Under the pieces are notes generated by a model. That model searched no databases and had not been told where the DNA came from. It worked only from the letters and a program-made list of their open reading frames with translations. A stretch of DNA of 63,202 bases, filler included, from Octopus bimaculoides (lineage: Eukaryota): NCBI RefSeq assembly GCF_001194135.2. It is 7 parts of 5 records of this genome, joined end to end, with 100 filler letters (N's around TTAATTAATTAA, not from the genome) between each part and the next. Parts side by side here need not be neighbours in the genome. Positions count along the whole stretch, not along the records: positions 1 to 22,139 come from NC_068981.1; positions 22,240 to 28,180 come from NC_068987.1; 5 more parts are not named here. One strand, 5' to 3'. Below, in pieces: positions 13,783-23,740 of the stretch; within the stretch, counting starts at the first letter, position 1; every line of letters begins with the position of its first letter. The translations under genes were made by a program, and so were the position numbers.

Positions 13783-13931
13783 CATCGAAAGATACCTTAG
13801 GAATGAGAACCCAGGTTCGAAATTTCCCCAAGACACCTGAAGAAGGCTGGAGGGTATATCAGGTGGAACGTTGTGTTAACAACAAACATGATGAGGACAA
13901 ATATCCGTTGAATGTAAATAATGTAAATAAT
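13783..13931 (+). mobile_element. ~150-bp Penelope-like terminal mini-element with a degenerate hammerhead ribozyme core
   Basis: Second copy at 46106-46258 (-). Contains ACAC-CTGAAGA-A-GGCTG..CAG..GGAA-CGTT-GTGT. Confidence 0.6.
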
Positions 13932-14270
13932 GAAAAATAATACAATCCCTTAAAATTTGAAATAGAAAGAATTTGGAGCATGCGAGCATTAATGATTGCG
14001 CCTATAATAATTGGTGCGTTGGGGGTAGTAAGCAAAGATATAGACAAATGGCTAAAGGAGATTGAAATAGAATACCTGGTAGAGCTTCTACAGAAAGTTT
14101 GTCTCTTAGGAACAGCAAGGATTATCCGGAGGGTTCTAAGCATTTGAAAGACTGCTGAAAACTTGTGGATACCTAAGGTTTCAGGTAGTAACCTGCAACC
14201 CACACAATTCCTACCAAGAATAAGGCCGAACCTGAGTCAAACCAAAATAATAATAATAATAATAATAATA
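13932..14270 (+). mobile_element. R4/Dong-clade LINE 3' end, second subfamily
   Basis: LKFEIERIWSMRALMIAPIIIGALGVVSKDIDKWLKEIEIEYLVELLQKVCLLGTARIIRRVLSI*, then a 3'UTR and (TAA)n at about 14246-14270. Confidence 0.9.
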
Positions 14271-14274
14271 AACG

Positions 14275-14525
14275 CCCTGATGCAGTATAAATGCCTTGAT
14301 GCAGTACCAATACTCTGATGCAGTATAAATGCTTTGATTCAGTACTATAAATGTCCTGATGTCGGACCAATGCCCTAATGAAGTACCAATGCCCTGATGC
14401 AGTACCAGGCAGTGGCTCTCATGGCTTCTCATCTTAACTGATTGGAAGTGTTATCATGCACATTGTTTTGTCTTGGTATAAAAGATTGACTTCAGCAAAT
14501 ATTCTGCTCAATACCACAGATTTGC
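14275..14525 (+). mobile_element. 5' part of a TAA-tailed non-coding retroposon with a tandemly amplified head
   Basis: About 7 imperfect copies of (AT)GCCCTGATGCAGTA(CCA/TAA), then homology to 17391-17520. Confidence 0.8.
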
Positions 14526-15290
14526 AACGATGAGAGTGAAACAGTAGACCACCTAATCTTTGGGTGAAAGATTCTAGCACCTGTAGAGTACAAATCAAGA
14601 CATGACAGAGTTGGCCAATATCTACATTGAATACATTGTGTCGGCATTATAAAATCAAAACTGCTGACAAATGGTACGAGCACCATTTGTGGTGCTTGTA
14701 ACTGAGGGAGAAGATGTAACGATTCTTTGGGACTTTCCAGTATGTACAGACCGGACCAGCAAAGCAAATAACGCAGAATCGTAACAAAAAAAGATGAAGA
14801 AAAACAAAATAATACGATCCCTTAAAATTCGAAATAAAAAGAATTTGAAGCATGCGAGCAGTAATGGTCGTGTCTATAATAACTGGTGAGTTTGGAACAG
14901 TAAGCAAAGATGTTGTAAAAGACCAAAACAATAAAGTCTGTTTATTGATTGACATGAGCATAATCGAAATCGAAAATTTGTGGCATCTCAAGACGGTTAC
15001 AATATCAGTGATTATAGGAACACTTGGAATGATCAAAAAAGGAACTGAAAATTATTTAAGAATGATCTCTGGCTTACCATCCATGCAGGAAGTGCAAAAG
15101 ATTGTCTCAACTGGTACGTCACACGTATTGAGAAGAGAACTGTCGCTGAGAATTTTCTTTCCCTTCTTCCCTTTTATTTTCTTTGTTTACTTTTTTATTC
15201 GTTATTTTTTCCTGTTTGTTATTTTTTCCTGGCGGTGGTGGTGGTTATTGGTTTAGTTGTTGTTGCTGGTGTGAATTACTGCTCTCCATG
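14522..15290 (+). mobile_element. R4/Dong-clade LINE 3' fragment, third subfamily, with an internal insert from the second subfamily
   Basis: CNDESETVDHLI..EYKSRHDRVGQYLH..DKWYEH..VTILWDFPVCTDRT..VVKDQNNKVCLLIDMS..VIIGTLGMIKKG..MQEVQKIVSTGTSHVLRRELSL; 14771-14911 resembles 13932-14040. Confidence 0.85.
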
Positions 15291-16689
15291 ATTTTTATTG
15301 ACGTCAACTTTTTTGCTACCATATCTTTTCTTGACTCCCTTCAAAGGAAGGTGTCGGTGAAGAGGACTGTGTATGCATGTGCCAATGTTGCTTATATTGT
15401 TTCTGCGGAAAGGCGTTCCTTGGATTCATCTTTAATTCGTTATTCTGGTGTGGCCGATCCCTTCTAGCATTACTGCTTCTGTAGCACTGTGTTTTCCAGG
15501 CTATGGTTGTGGGACTCTGTCGTAAATGTGATGACAAGCGAAAAGTCAAACATCGCTGTCAATATTTCTTGTTGTGACTCTTGTGATAAGCCCTTTCATG
15601 TATCGCAGCGGAAGCTTATGGGCGAATGAATGATGCATCATTCCTCCAATTTTCTCTCATTGTCATTAGTTTTTAAGACCATTATACAGTTCCACCTTTT
15701 CTACTCTATTTAATGAAGCTTACACTGTGTTATACATCATTACAAGATTTATTGAACTGCTCTTTTCAAAGATATAGTTCCATCAATCATTGCGAATCAG
15801 TGATATAGCACTTTCTCTTTTGGGTACTATAAGCCATTTTCACTAGATAGAATTCCCCTGGAAATAAGCTATTACTCTGTATGTAAATACTAAGTGCGTT
15901 CTCTCTTTTCTCTCGATTTGTGAACTACTAACGTTCTATGAAGAAAAGAAAAAAGTATATTCCATGAATTTTTTCCGAACAGTAAATATTTCCACCTTAA
16001 ATAAAATGCCTCATTCCTTAAAATGATTGATTAATAAGTCACAGATTATGCCATACTGACGATTTCTAAAAAGAATGAAATAGTGATTACCACTGATTAA
16101 AAATTGTAAAAACTTCGTAATAAGTAGGCAAAAACAATACTAATACAATAATAATTCAATGCATCTTAATTTCAAATTCAAATTCCTATTCTTACTTCAT
16201 ATTATGTAGAAATGATTATCTCCATTGTAAGAGCTCTCATCACTAGGGAAACCACGTGTATTAGACCCATATGTAACTACTCCATTTTGCCTTATAATTC
16301 TAGCAAAGGTATTGTTGTTAATATGATATAAAGTTTGCGTTGTTGTAAGTACTTTTGTTAACGTCGAACAAATTTAGATTTAGGGATGCAAATAACGAAT
16401 ATCCGTGCTTGAGAGTTTATTTGCTTCAATGTAATTTTTAACGGTTATCATTTGTTAATAAAGTTCTGTTTATCGTTTTTTAAATTAGTTTCCATGTAGT
16501 GTAATTTTTACAAAAATGTTTTAGCATATTTCCATTTCTTGTTAGTACTTCTTTCTTTTCCTCTAGTACGGAAAACCAAACTGAATGGACTGTAAACATA
16601 TAAACATATTTTACGTAAAAAATAACTTTTTACGTAAAACAAACTAATGTCTAAGAGAAGGCCTTTTATCTCCTACCGATTTTGGAAAA

Positions 16690-17060
16690 GACGCGAGACT
16701 TTAGCTTGCATTTTATCGAATATCCTCAACTGAGAAGGAAAACAAAAAGTATAGGCATGATAAGATTGTTGCAAAAATTCACAACAAGTTTTTGCAATAA
16801 ATTAGCGTTTGCATGAATAGAAAAACATTACAGCCATTTTGTCGAAATAAAAATGCAGGCTGTCGCAAATAATGAAGTGGAGTTGTTGCTGGATTCTCGT
16901 ATATAAACGGAAAGAATAACAGAACACAACATATCAGCTGTCAATGAGTCTTCCATAAGAAGAAACAATACAACATGTTTAAACAACATGAAATGCCCAT
17001 TAGAGACCTGAGTGATAAAAAAAAAATGAAAGTAGAATATTCTAATGATTTAAAATTACT
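16690..17060 (+). mobile_element. Highly decayed R4-clade LINE fragment
   Basis: Residual RHDK..KIH, LL(W)D..(T)ERITEHN and DLK-like segments in the expected order. Confidence 0.45.
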
Positions 17061-17328
17061 GATTATTAGCAAAATCTTTGACGAAATAATTGAGAATAAA
17101 CCCTGAAAAACTTGATCCTAATCTGGAAGTAGGTGCGGTGTAAAGAAACATGTTTCGGGATTCAAAAAGAAAATCCTGAATACAAAGTAAGAATAGATAC
17201 GAAGAGCAGAATAAACTTTTATATAGAAGGTAGAAAATGCTCTTCATCCCGGACCACGGTAGGACACATAATTAAACCGAGGAGAACATCCATTCCGAGA
17301 AACAACAGAACATGATTATGATTATAGC

Positions 17329-17340
17329 GTTGATGATGAA

Positions 17341-17388
<48 letters not shown>
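17329..17388 (+). repeat. (GAT)n microsatellite
   Basis: Trinucleotide run directly upstream of a retroposon. Confidence 0.95.
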
Positions 17389-17390
17389 AA

Positions 17391-17935
17391 CCCTGATGCG
17401 ATACCAAACAGTGCTTCTCATGGCTTATGACCTTAACTGAGTGAAAGTTTTATCACGTACATATTTTGCCCTGGTATAAAAGATGTGCTACAGCAAATAT
17501 TCCGCTCAATAACACAGATTTGTTTGTAATTTGTTTGATCATAACCAGTTGAGTATGTCTCTTAGGCGCTGACGATATGTGCATCTCTGATCATGAGCAG
17601 AAGTAGTGGGGGAGCATCATAGCCATGTGTTGAGAGGAATTCTTTGGTGTTTGAATAATTCACTTCTGGAAACATGGGTGTTTCGTTCAACATCATTCTT
17701 ATTCAATGACCTTTTGAGCAGGATAGGCTACTCGATCTGAAAAAAATTCTAACTGGGCCCCACCTGCAAGGTCATGCATTGTTTATCTTGATATGAGAAC
17801 ACTATGTCGCGTACACATGGTTGTGATGCACGTGTCTGGTGTACCCTTATCAGACGTGTAGTCATGATGGTATATTGGACTTTGTGTATTTGTAGTCCAG
17901 TGTCATTTTGAAAGCATACGCCCATTATAATAATA
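17391..17935 (+). mobile_element. Near full-length ~550-bp non-coding TAA-tailed retroposon
   Basis: Starts CCCTGATGC, ends ATAATAATAA; homologous copies at 14275-14525 (+), 45852-46105 (-) and 54375-54843 (-). Confidence 0.85.
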
Positions 17936-17937
17936 AA

Positions 17938-18137
17938 ATTTGGCACAAGGCCAGTAATTTCGATGAAGAGGTAAGTCGACTACATCGACCCGAGGACTCA
18001 CCTAGTACTTATTTTATCGATCCCGAAAGGAATGAAAGGCACAGTCAACCTCGGCAGAATTTGAACTCAGAATGTTAGAACGGCCGAAATGCCGCTAAAC
18101 ATTATTCCCGGCATGCTAACGATTCTGCCAGCTCGCC
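17938..18137 (-). mobile_element. tRNA-derived SINE, family A
   Basis: Minus strand reads GGCGAGCTGGCAGAATCGTTAGC (A-box-like), GAGTTCAAATTC (B-box-like), a conserved GAGGT(C/T)GAC..CCTTTCATCCTTTCGGG..CGATAAAATAAGTAC body, and a CCTTGTGCCAAA tail. Confidence 0.9.
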
Positions 18138-18427
18138 ACTTTCTGCATGAAAATGATATTGAGAACGAAGCTATGATATCCAAAAAAGATCTCAGTAAGA
18201 TGCTTGAAGACATAAAATTTAGTAAAAAGAAGCCGGCAATATTTTAGTAATTTTAGTATGTAGGTCATTTAAGTACATTATAAAGTAGACTTACTTTGTA
18301 ACTTTTCGTTTTATGATCCCATTTTGGTATCGTAAATCAATATCTATCAATACTTGACTTACACTTTGTTCCATAATTTAATTTTAAAGGAACACCGACT
18401 GTATGCTTAAATAATAAAAACTGAAGG

Positions 18428-18491
18428 GTTGATATTTCGAATGTTTTCAACTGAAATTAATATTTCAGTTGAAAACATTCGAAATATCAAC
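18428..18491. repeat. Perfect 30-bp inverted repeat with a 4-nt loop
   Basis: GTTGATATTTCGAATGTTTTCAACTGAAAT-TAAT-ATTTCAGTTGAAAACATTCGAAATATCAAC. Confidence 0.95.
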
Positions 18492-19488
18492 TCAAATATG
18501 ATCATTAATAAAAATTAAAATTCTATTCCCTGCATATTCCACTGAAAATTGTAATTCGTACAAATAAATATATAGAAAAAAGAGAAAACATTTTAGATAA
18601 TTTTAAATTCAATCCGAGCAAGAAAAGCATTAAAACTATATAAAGAAATTATAATGCATATAGCCATCATTCAATAAATAAAAAAAATGTAAATCGCATT
18701 AACATATTTAGCACACACATACCATCTTCTGCTTTTACAGTTGCATTTATAGTGGATATTCATAAAAAATTCTTATCATTATCAACTCAGGAAGTCAGTG
18801 TATCGAGAGCTAAACCTATCTTTTAAATTTTGTACTAAATATAGAACCAACAGTCATTAATTTTAGCCTGCTACTGTGCAGATAACCTGAATCTATCTAA
18901 TCTACCACTATATATTCTGACAAACTTTCCTAAACTTACTTTCGTGTTTGGAATTACATTTTCTTCCTCTATTCTCTCTAATTATCTTTCTTTATCCCTT
19001 CTCTCTTTTTCTCCCCTTTTCTCTCTTTCACACTCCCGCCTTCCCTTTCATAAATTTCCTCACAGTAAAAATTATTTTAATTATCTTTTACTGAGTCGTT
19101 TGAACGTCAGACAAAATGCCTTGCCGTACTTGCTCCATCTCTTTACTTTTCCGAGTTTAAATCCTGCCGAGGTCAACTTTGTTTTATCTCCTCTCTTTTC
19201 AATATTTTCATGTTTATTTTACTTTATAAGTTGTAAATTAAAGCTAGTCCAGCAGTTTTAAGGGAGGATGTTCGTCGACTACATCGATCCAGTATTTGAA
19301 TAGTACTTTATTTTATCGATTCAAGGAGCATCGAAAACATAGATGACCCTGGCTAAATTTGAACTCAGAACATAAAAAGTTAAAAGAAAATGCCACAAGG
19401 TTTTATCGCAATTAAATAGCCCTCCAGGGTTAACTACCATCGGTTGTTGATGATTTACCCTTCAGCTCCCACTTAACTAATTTTCCAC

Positions 19489-19890
19489 AGGAGTGGCTGT
19501 GTGGTAAGTAGCTTGCTTACCAACCACATGGTTCCGGGTTCAGTCCCACTGCGTGACACTTTGGGCAAGTGTCTTCTACTATAGCCTCGGGCCGACCAAA
19601 GCCTTGTGAGTGGATTTGGTAGACGGAAACTGAAAGAAGCCCGTCGTATATATGTATATATATATATGTATGTGTGTTTGTGTGTCTGTGTTTGTCCACC
19701 CACCATCGCTTGACAACCGATGCTAGTGTGTTTACGTCCCCGTAACTTAGCGGTTCGGCAAAAGAGACCGATAGAATAAGTACTAGGCTTACAAAGAATA
19801 AGTCCTGGGGTTGATTTGTTCGACTAAAGGCGGTGCTCCAGCATGGCCGCAGTCAAATGACTGAAACAAGTAAAAGAGTAAAAGAGAGTA
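19489..19890 (+). mobile_element. Full-length tRNA-derived SINE, family B (internal TA/TG microsatellite)
   Basis: A-box-like TGGCTGTGTGGTAAG, B-box-like GGGTTCAGTCCC, internal (TA)/(TG) run, tail GTAAAAGAGTAAAAGAG; second copy at 50917-51340 (-). tRNA-derived SINE families (OK/OR) are established in octopus; exact family not verified. Confidence 0.9.
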
Positions 19891-20150
19891 GTATGTTACA
19901 GGATATTAGATTTAAAAAAAATTTTTTATTCGTGCTTCTTATCAGCACAAAGTAGGGGTGGGTGGGTTTTGTTGACGTTGTTGTGTTTGTGTCTGTCTGC
20001 TAGTGTTCTTCCTGTGTGTTTTCCTTTTGTGGATTCGTATGTATCTGAGTATTTCTTTTTAAAAAATATCGATTGTCTTTTTTTTTTATCTTCTCGCAAG
20101 ATGTGATGCAGTTTGGGGTGGAGGCATGTTTCCGTGCGTATCCATGGGAG

Positions 20151-21535
20151 CAGTGGCGGATCTACAATATTGGGGCCCTGATAGCCCAAGTGAGTCTGAC
20201 TGTGAGCCCTCTTTCCACCAGAAACAAGGTGTGGGTGGGTAACCACCGATGTCGTTGTCGATGTGGTTGTTCCGTGGCAGATCGCCAAAATTTTATTTAC
20301 AAATTTAAGCACTACATTTCAGATTGTGATACTGAATGTCACTGGTGTGAACAAATATTTTCCAGACTATGCCTGATACTTTTAGAGTCATGGGAGTTGA
20401 AAATAAGGGAAGTATTATATACATGCATGATGCATCATAGAATAAAGACATAAAACATAACAAATACCACAGTTGACATAATCTAATATTAATCTTATAT
20501 TTAAGATAGATATGAAAATTACAAAATACGCTTTTTTTCTGTTTTTTTTTAATAGCAACATATTCCATTACAGTTTTGTCATATGAGAGCTTCCTTGCAA
20601 TATCATTTTCTAGAGATAATATGCATTAAGAATTTAAGCGCTCTTCAGTCATGGTAGACCGAAATTTATTCTTTATAAAGGAAAGTTTTGAGAAATTCTT
20701 TTCTGCTTCACAGCTTGTGGTAGGCATTGACAAGTACAGCTTAAGTGCAGTGGTAATATTAGGGAACACACAAATTCCGCCGACGTTGCGTTTCATGCTT
20801 TCGGGGTCGATAAATTAAGTACCAGTTGCGTACTACGGTTGATCTAATCGACTGGCTCCCTCCTCCAAAATTTCGGACCTTGCGCCTAGAGTAGAAAAGA
20901 ATATTAGGGAGCACGTCAATTAATTGTTGCTCATAAATAAGCTGAAGAACTTTGCATTTTTGATTATGTGTTATCTTCTGTGTTCCGCGATTTCCTAAGT
21001 TCTAAATAGTCTTTGAACTGATAACACTCATTTATTAATCTGAGGTCAATATCGTCTTTGTAATGTGATATAATTTTGATATTATCCTCATCAAATTCTG
21101 AATTTTTCATCACTTCTGACAGATACTTGAACCTTTTCGCAATCTGCTCATATGGCTCCATCCTCTTGCTTAACTGAATTATCAAGCAGTCATAGACTTG
21201 ATTTAGAGTTTCTATCCTAAATTTTTCAACCCCTTCAAAGACGCCCATTGCTTGTTCCATCTGCAAATTTCTTTGTAATAACGCGTTTGGAAACATCAGA
21301 ATAATTTGAGGTGATGTATTTACATACAACTTTTTGCTGCTGATTCATAGTGTGCAATCTTGTCGGCTGAATTTTCTCGCAGTTTTTTAACAAATGAAAG
21401 CAAAGATGCTAGCAAAAGGTAACCTTCAAATACATCAAAACCAGGGGTTTGGAGTTTCTTACTTGTTTTTGTTATTTCTAGCAAGTGGAGAGACCTTCTA
21501 GGCTTAACTTCATGAGCTGGTTGAAAATCACCTAA
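20151..21535 (-). mobile_element. Truncated hAT DNA transposon with a transposase pseudogene
   Basis: Minus-strand frames give TSKKLQ..LLASLLSFVKKLR..EKFRIETLNQVYDCLIIQLSKR..YKDDID..LINECYQFKDYL..LIYEQQLIDV(F)PNITTALKLYLSMPTTSCEAEKNFSKLSFIKNKFRSTMTEERLNS*CILSLENDIARKLSYD (hAT C-terminal dimerisation domain). Terminal-like CAGTGGCGGATC..GGGGCCC at 20151. Confidence 0.9.
20770..20899 (+). mobile_element. 5'-truncated family-A SINE inserted in the hAT transposase
   Basis: Flanked by a 15-bp TSD, AATATTAGGGA(A/G)CAC, at 20755-20769 and 20900-20914; removing it restores DVFPNI. Confidence 0.9.
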
Positions 21536-21870
21536 CAAAAATTCTGGGGTCGATACATTTCACAAAAAATTCTTCAAGGCGGTGCCCCAACGTTGCCGCA
21601 GTCCGATGATTTAACAAGTACAAAGGGAAAAAAACCGCAAAAAAAAAAGAACGAAATATATCACTGAGATGGTTTTGACTTGACTTTAAAAAAATTAGGA
21701 TTCCATACAGTCGTCTAAAAAGACTACAAGGTGGTGCCCCAGCATGGTCGCAGTCTAATAACTGCAACAAGTAAAAAGGAAAGAAAATTCTGGGGTTGAT
21801 ACGTTCAACTAAAATCTTCAAGGCAGTACCCCACTATGGCCACCGACAAATGACTGAAACAAATAAAAGG
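21535..21870 (+). mobile_element. Three stacked 3' tails of family-B SINEs
   Basis: Three occurrences of AAGG(C/T)(G/A)GT(G/A)CCCCA..GCAGTC/GACAAA..AAC(A)AGTA/AAATAAAAG matching the 3' end of 19489-19890. Confidence 0.75.
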
Positions 21871-21906
21871 GGGAAAAAGTGAAAAATAACCGAAAAATAT
21901 AACCGA

Positions 21907-22028
21907 GGGGGTTTTGTCCACTTTCACACTTTAACTATGAAGGTTTTGTCGTCCGAAGAGGTTTTGTCGTCCGAGGAGGTTTTGTCGTCCGAGGAGGTTT
22001 TGTCCTAGCTGGAGTTTGTCCTACACTC
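21907..22028 (+). repeat. 18-bp tandem motif array (GGTTTTGTCGTCCGAGGA) ending TGTCCTACAC; probable DNA-transposon terminus
   Basis: Three near-exact units at 21942-21995 plus partial units. Confidence 0.65.
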
Positions 22029-22898
22029 GTGCGGAGGACTTGCTCCGCTATCCAGTTAAAATTGGAGATGTTTGATTTTTTTAGAAATATTCAATTTGTA
22101 ATGTGTCATTTTGTTTTGTTTTGTTTTTTGCATAATCGTNNNNNNNNNNNNNNNNNNNNNNNNNNNNNNNNNNNNNNNNNNNNTTAATTAATTAANNNNN
22201 NNNNNNNNNNNNNNNNNNNNNNNNNNNNNNNNNNNNNNNGATTTTGGTGCCCCCATATGTATGTAATTCAAGATATAAACAATAAACCATAAAATAAATT
22301 TTTATTTTTCAAAATAAAACAAAACTAACAGTAAGATGGAAAAATAATGTTTATTTTTGTATACCTCTACTTTATTTATATTTGAGAAGTTTTCTCCTAC
22401 GTTTTTTCAATTGCAAAGTTTTAGATCAGATCCTCAAAATTAATTTTACGTAACACATCTGCTTCTATATTTCAGAGATAAAGCACCCAACCTGCCTTGT
22501 TGCATAGTTGTTCTGATGGGATTTTTAATATACCTCAACTGAGAAAATGAACACTCAGCTAAGCAATTTGTGACAATTCATGTTACAAATATATGAAAGG
22601 CAAAAATGTATATTTTAGCATGTGTAAGGTGATTTCTTTTGTGCTGTAAACCATTTACCATTTCCATAGAGCCCCCATTCCCTTGATGACCTAAGCACTG
22701 AAGTAAATAACCATTTTAAGATTGGTGCATTACCAATCTTATCTAATGTGTTCTTCAGGTTTTCTTTGGGAGGTGGTTTTTTAAAAAATGGCAGAGTGTA
22801 ATTAAAAGAAACTGTGGTTGCTACTTCTAGCATGTGAAAGATCATGTAGCATCCTCCTCATTATTACCAATGTTTTGTAAAAATTGTCAAAAATATTG

Positions 22899-23070
22899 AT
22901 TTCAAATTTTGGCACAGGGCCAGTAATTTCAAGAGAGAGAGAGTAAGTTGATTACATCAACCCCAGTGTTCAACTAGTACTTATTTTATCACCCCCAAAA
23001 AGATGAAAGACAAAATGCCACTAAGCATTTTGCCTGGCATGCTAACAATTCTGCCAACTCGTCACCTTAT
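22899..23070 (-). mobile_element. Family-A SINE in the 3' flank of the ZNF pseudogene
   Basis: SINE body plus an imperfect ~18-21-bp TSD (22881-22898 / 23071-23091). Confidence 0.85.
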
Positions 23071-23212
23071 AAAGTTGTCAAAAGCATATTGTTGTATAAG
23101 TTATGTAAGAATCCTTTACAGTTTATTCAATAATTCTAGCAACATTTCAACACTGTGATCAGATATACAATAAAAAAGACCAATTTTTTTACCAGATATT
23201 ACAGTACCATTA

Positions 23213-23740
23213 CTATAGTTTCTCTCTAAAATCTGTGCATGTCTGGACAAGTCAGCATTTTGTGAGAGTGCCTCACCACAGATATCATAGTGATATTTTT
23301 TCTCACCTGTGTGAATTAGTTAATTACATGATAAATTACCACTTATAGAGAATGATTTATTGCAGATATCAGTGGTATGGTTTCTCACTTGTGTGAATAT
23401 GTTTATGGCAAGATAAATGACTAGTCTGTGAGAATGTCTTACCACAGACATCACAATGATATGGCTTTCCTCCTGTGTGAATACGTTTGTGACAAGATAA
23501 AGCACTTCTTTGAAAGAACGCCTTACCACAGATATCACAGGAGTGCAATCTCTCACCTGTGTGTATACGTTTATGCTTGTTTAAGAAACTGTTCTGAGAA
23601 GTTTTATCACATATATCACAATGGAATGGTTTCTCTCCTGTATGATTACTTACATGGTACAGTAGAGATGTCCTCTCAGAAAACTGTGTACCACAGATAT
23701 CACATGGGTGTAGCTTCTCACCTGTATGAATATGTTTTTC
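23213..23740 (-). pseudogene. C2H2 zinc-finger pseudogene: tandem partial duplicate of fingers 13-18 of the upstream gene
   Basis: Reads [79 protein letters not shown] then a frameshift, an in-frame stop, and [10 protein letters not shown]. Collinear with 24801-25330, and the similarity continues into the 3'UTR. Confidence 0.9.

Noticed and set aside
14275-14407. CRISPR-like appearance of short repeats (also 21942-21995)
   Set aside because: Contiguous tandem units without unique spacers, eukaryotic context, and no cas genes.
15300-15660. GC-richer segment that might be a retroelement coding remnant on the minus strand
   Set aside because: No frame gave a motif I could name.
19489-19560. 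tRNA-like A/B boxes in SINE heads
   Set aside because: No cloverleaf with acceptor and anticodon stems, and they continue into SINE bodies; not tRNA genes.
22184-22195. TTAATTAATTAA islands inside N-runs (also 28225, 37220, 46394, 50861, 59799)
   Set aside because: An identical 12-mer with stops in all six frames centred in gaps is an assembler gap marker, not biology.
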